A DNA stretch of 63,986 nt, counting the filler, from a bacterium (GTDB taxonomy: Bacteria > UBA9089 > CG2-30-40-21 > SBAY01): NCBI GenBank assembly GCA_040757115.1. It is 7 parts of 7 records of this genome, joined end to end, with 100 filler letters (N's around TTAATTAATTAA, not from the genome) between each part and the next. Parts side by side here need not be neighbours in the genome. Positions count along the whole stretch, not along the records: positions 58,666 to 63,986 come from JBFLYA010000255.1; 6 more parts are not named here. The stretch is one strand, 5' to 3'. Each line of letters starts with the position of its first letter. The first letter of the stretch is position 1. A program made the position numbers and the translations under genes. The notes below the pieces were generated by a model. That model was given only the letters and a program-made list of their open reading frames with translations. It was not told the origin of the DNA and ran no database searches. Below are positions 60,821 to 63,986 of this stretch, piece after piece.

Positions 60821-61813
60821 ATGAGTAGTAAGAAGGTAGTGTTATCAGGATTAGGGATTGTGGGTATTCTTCTTTTTGGATATGCAATATATTATGCCAT
60901 TTTCCCTGTTACTACAGAGTCAGATTTAGTTTCCTATCATGCACCTTGCTGGGGAGAGAAAAACAAGATTTATTTTATAAAGAAGGTGAGTTTTGCCAGG
61001 AAGATATTAAATCCTATGTCGCTATTAAGCATAGGTTTTTTTGGGGGCGGAGATTATTTACCAGATCATACTGAGGTATATCTGTGTTCGATGAATTATG
61101 ATGGGACAGATAAGAAGGAGATAGTAAAGATTGGGGATACAGATGATAACACTTACTGGCTGCCAATGTATCTTGATTATTGTAAGGCAAATAATTTACT
61201 ACTTTTGTCAGGTGGAATGCATCCTGCAAGGGGAGAAGTTTACCAGGGTATATATACAATAAAATCAGATGGGAGAGATAAAAGGAAGATTTCAGAGGTA
61301 GGTTTGCATGCCACATGGTCACCTGATGGGAGACAAATAGTACATAGTGGAGGTTTTATAATGAATGCAGATGGAAGTAATAACCATCCTATTTTTAGTA
61401 AAAATTCAGAATGTTGGGGAAAAAGCCGAGACTTTATCTGGTCACCCAGAGGCGACTTGATTGCCTTTGTTTGCCACGGCTGGATATATACCATGAAACC
61501 AGATGGAAGCGAGAGGAGGAAGGTGTGTAAGGGGGATCGTCTCAAGGGATGGACATTGGATGGTAAGGAGATTATTGGGGATGGATATACGGTTAGATTA
61601 GATAGCAAAGAAGAAAAATTATTGTATGACGCAGAAGCAGGAACATATTGGGGAGGAAGATATTCGTTGGACGGAAGGTTTATGCTCGGGGAAATAGGTT
61701 TTGTTGTCCGTGATATAGAAACGATGAAAACTATAAATCTTTTTGCTGATATTGAAATTAAAGGTAAACATCGAGAGCATTTTGTCTATAAGAGACCGAA
61801 TAATATTTGGTAG
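60821..61813 (+). CDS. Membrane-anchored TolB-like (PD40) beta-propeller protein
   Basis: N-terminal TM; WSPDG/WSPRG and M..DG repeats. Confidence 0.8.
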   Translation: MSSKKVVLSGLGIVGILLFGYAIYYAIFPVTTESDLVSYHAPCWGEKNKIYFIKKVSFARKILNPMSLLSIGFFGGGDYLPDHTEVYLCSMNYDGTDKKEIVKIGDTDDNTYWLPMYLDYCKANNLLLLSGGMHPARGEVYQGIYTIKSDGRDKRKISEVGLHATWSPDGRQIVHSGGFIMNADGSNNHPIFSKNSECWGKSRDFIWSPRGDLIAFVCHGWIYTMKPDGSERRKVCKGDRLKGWTLDGKEIIGDGYTVRLDSKEEKLLYDAEAGTYWGGRYSLDGRFMLGEIGFVVRDIETMKTINLFADIEIKGKHREHFVYKRPNNIW

Positions 61814-61829
61814 AGGAGGTGGCTGTTAA

Positions 61830-62828
61830 ATGAAAAAAATTTGTATCTATAGTCTATTAATAGTATGTTTGTTGAATAGTAAGGTATCTGCTGAGGATTT
61901 TACCTGGGGTAGTTGTACTACCTATGCACCTATGCCTGTATTGTTTATCCATGGGATTAACTCTAATATGCTAACATGGGAAAAGGCTATTGGTAGTTTA
62001 ACACAATACTTTGATGAGTATAGGTTAGTAAGATTTAATGAACCATCACCAAAGGGTTATATATCCCTTCACGAAACTGATAAAACTAAAGGAGTCACTT
62101 ACTTCAAAGACGAACAGACAGGTTATGAGTCCCCCGCCAAACTCTATTTAGAGGCGTTTGATTATGGTGGAGAGGATTATTCACAGAGTTTTAAGCCAAC
62201 TGGTTCTTATCAGCCAGAGCTTAAAAAAATTATTGAAGGAGATGATAAGTCTCCAGGGATATTAAAATCATACTATGGGGAGAACTATAGTACTGCTACA
62301 GATAAACTCATTATTGTAGGCTATTCACAGGGTGGATTAATCGCAAGAGAATATGTGCAGAGTAACCCAGACCAGGCTAAACATGTAAAACGCCTGATTA
62401 CTATTGATACACCACATTATGGGACTGATGTTATAGCTAATTTAGTTGCTATTACCATGACAAACCCATCTCTTTCGCCTGGAACAACACGTAACTTCTG
62501 GGGGTATATATTATATCCCTTCCTCCCTTCAGATCTTAAGAATGCTGTAAAAGCAATTGAACGAGGTGATGTTGGACTCGGTGACTTACTACCTCATAGC
62601 AATTATCTAAATAATCTTAATAAACTCTCTGTCCCTGAGAATATTGAATATATTTGTTTGGTAGGTAAGGTTATAATTCCAGAATTTCCATATATAGCTG
62701 ATACTGATAATGTCGTTATGGGTTATAGTCAAAGGGCAGAAAAAATACAACCTCAACTATTTCCACTAAAACCAAAAATAATTGAGCAAAAAATTCCCTG
62801 GGATTATATAATTAACTTACCGGGATAG
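61830..62828 (+). CDS. Secreted alpha/beta hydrolase (PGAP1/lipase-like), probably truncated
   Basis: Signal peptide; PVLFIHG, GYSQGG, TIDTPHYG, D.VV; no His in the sequence after the putative catalytic Asp. Confidence 0.8.
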   Translation: MKKICIYSLLIVCLLNSKVSAEDFTWGSCTTYAPMPVLFIHGINSNMLTWEKAIGSLTQYFDEYRLVRFNEPSPKGYISLHETDKTKGVTYFKDEQTGYESPAKLYLEAFDYGGEDYSQSFKPTGSYQPELKKIIEGDDKSPGILKSYYGENYSTATDKLIIVGYSQGGLIAREYVQSNPDQAKHVKRLITIDTPHYGTDVIANLVAITMTNPSLSPGTTRNFWGYILYPFLPSDLKNAVKAIERGDVGLGDLLPHSNYLNNLNKLSVPENIEYICLVGKVIIPEFPYIADTDNVVMGYSQRAEKIQPQLFPLKPKIIEQKIPWDYIINLPG

Positions 62829-62974
62829 AGCATACAAATAATGCGTGGATTGCTACTAAATGTGTTGATGAAGATATGTGGGAGGGATATAGTAAAGTTA
62901 CTGAGACTATCTATACGAAGAGCCAAATTAATACTGGTCTTGCTGATAGTGAATTTGAGCCAACATTTGAATAG
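62828..62974 (+). pseudogene. Orphan C-terminal tail paralogous to the end of 58666-60366
   Basis: AWIATKCVDEDMWEGYSKVTETIYTKSQINTGLADSEFEPTFE* versus AWLATKCINRDMWEGFSKVTETIYSNIQINTGIPDSEFEPVFE*. Confidence 0.85.
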
Positions 62975-62984
62975 GAGGGAACAG

Positions 62985-63986
62985 ATGAATATGGACAAGG
63001 TGGTAAGGATTTCAGCATTAACAGGATTAGGAGTAGTAGTTTTTTTGTTGGGATATACATTATATTATGCAGTTTTTTCTATTACTAAGGAATCAGATTT
63101 AATCTCCTACCATGCACCTTGCTGGGGCGAGAAAAACAAGATTTATTTTATCAAGAAGGTGACTTTTGGGAAGGCAATAATAAATCCTTCTTCATTATTA
63201 AACAAGATTCTTTATCTTGAGGGGGATTATTTACCGGAGAAAACTGAGGTATATGTATGTTCGATGAATTACGATGGAAGCAATAAGAAAGAGATAGTAA
63301 AACTTTGTGATACAGACATTGGTAATAGAGAATATGGTGAGACAAAAGAAGGGAGTTATTGGTTACCGAGATATATGGACTGGTGTTCTGCTAATAATTT
63401 ACTGCTTATTTCAGGAGGAGATATTCCAGGAAGAGGAGAAACTTCACAAGGGATATATACAATGAAGATAAATGGGCAGGATAAGAGGAGACTGTCAGAG
63501 ACAGGGGTGCATGCCTCCTGGTCACCGGATGGGAAGAAAATAGCATATGAAGTAATCACAAAAGAATCAAGGAGTGAAAAAATGTATGGTTATAAGGAGC
63601 CTGTAGAATATTATGATAAGGAGAATACTATCTGGGTAATGAATAGTGATGGCAGTGATAAACATCAGATATCAAGAGAGAAAATACTAACGCGAACAGG
63701 CAGATGGGTGCGTGATGAACAAGGGAAACCAGTTATGGAAAATGGAAAAGAGAAGTATAAATGGGAGAAAAAGTATATGGATGAATCCCCCATCTGGTCA
63801 CCCAGAGGTGATTTGATTGCCTTTGTCTGTAAAGGATGGATTTGGGTGATGAAACCAGATGGAAGCGAGAGGAGGAAGGTGATTGACACTTGCCATCTTT
63901 CTGATTGGTCTCCGGATGGAACAAAACTTATGACTTCAGCACTTTTAGGAATCGTTGATTTAAATGGTAATGTGGTTAAAAAATTT
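62985..63986 (+). CDS. Second TolB-like propeller protein, paralog of 60821 (runs off the window; absent from the ORF track)
   Basis: GGAGG RBS; shares ESDL.SYHAPCWGEKNKIYFIKKV, CSMNYDG..KKEIVK and IWSPRGDLIAFVC; no stop to the window end. Confidence 0.88.
   Translation, partial: MNMDKVVRISALTGLGVVVFLLGYTLYYAVFSITKESDLISYHAPCWGEKNKIYFIKKVTFGKAIINPSSLLNKILYLEGDYLPEKTEVYVCSMNYDGSNKKEIVKLCDTDIGNREYGETKEGSYWLPRYMDWCSANNLLLISGGDIPGRGETSQGIYTMKINGQDKRRLSETGVHASWSPDGKKIAYEVITKESRSEKMYGYKEPVEYYDKENTIWVMNSDGSDKHQISREKILTRTGRWVRDEQGKPVMENGKEKYKWEKKYMDESPIWSPRGDLIAFVCKGWIWVMKPDGSERRKVIDTCHLSDWSPDGTKLMTSALLGIVDLNGNVVKKF

Overview
This is not one continuous locus. It is seven bacterial contigs joined by 100-nt artificial spacers (N-run, TTAATTAATTAA, N-run) at 9742, 19571, 29379, 39159, 48887 and 58566. 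The five complete contigs fall steadily in length (9729, 9708, 9680, 9628, 9579 bp), as in a length-sorted MAG, so adjacency across gaps means nothing. The organism is an AT-rich diderm. It has Lnt, ExbD, PorV-like barrels and CTD-bearing giant exoproteins together with CdaA/CdaR; a candidate phylum is plausible but is inference only. Coding content is mostly housekeeping (rho, cdaA-cdaR, ftsK, rodZ, rpsB-tsf-pyrH-frr-uppS-cdsA, tgt, pcm, lnt, trxA, mog, rarA, apbE, amrS) plus envelope glycosyltransferases and secreted proteins. The unusual biology is intergenic. (1) Most longer spacers hold short non-autonomous elements of several families, many with perfect 8-bp target duplications and nested inside one another. 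(2) Their cargo is inverted arrays of 6-9-nt tandem repeats that in at least seven places still enclose fragments of GxxExxY (PD-(D/E)XK-like) genes; two four-helix-bundle fragments sit in similar repeat context. (3) One family lacks terminal inverted repeats, is bounded by a Shine-Dalgarno-like GGAGAA core and supplies the RBS of downstream genes. (4) A cluster of integron attC sites with no integrase on this contig abuts a structured ~190-nt non-coding segment lying between two convergent consensus promoters, followed by an IS110 recombinase fragment (bridge-RNA candidate). (5) A repeated module pairs a secreted GxSxG hydrolase/LolA-like-tailed gene with a TolB-like propeller gene. No rRNA, tRNA or CRISPR array was seen.
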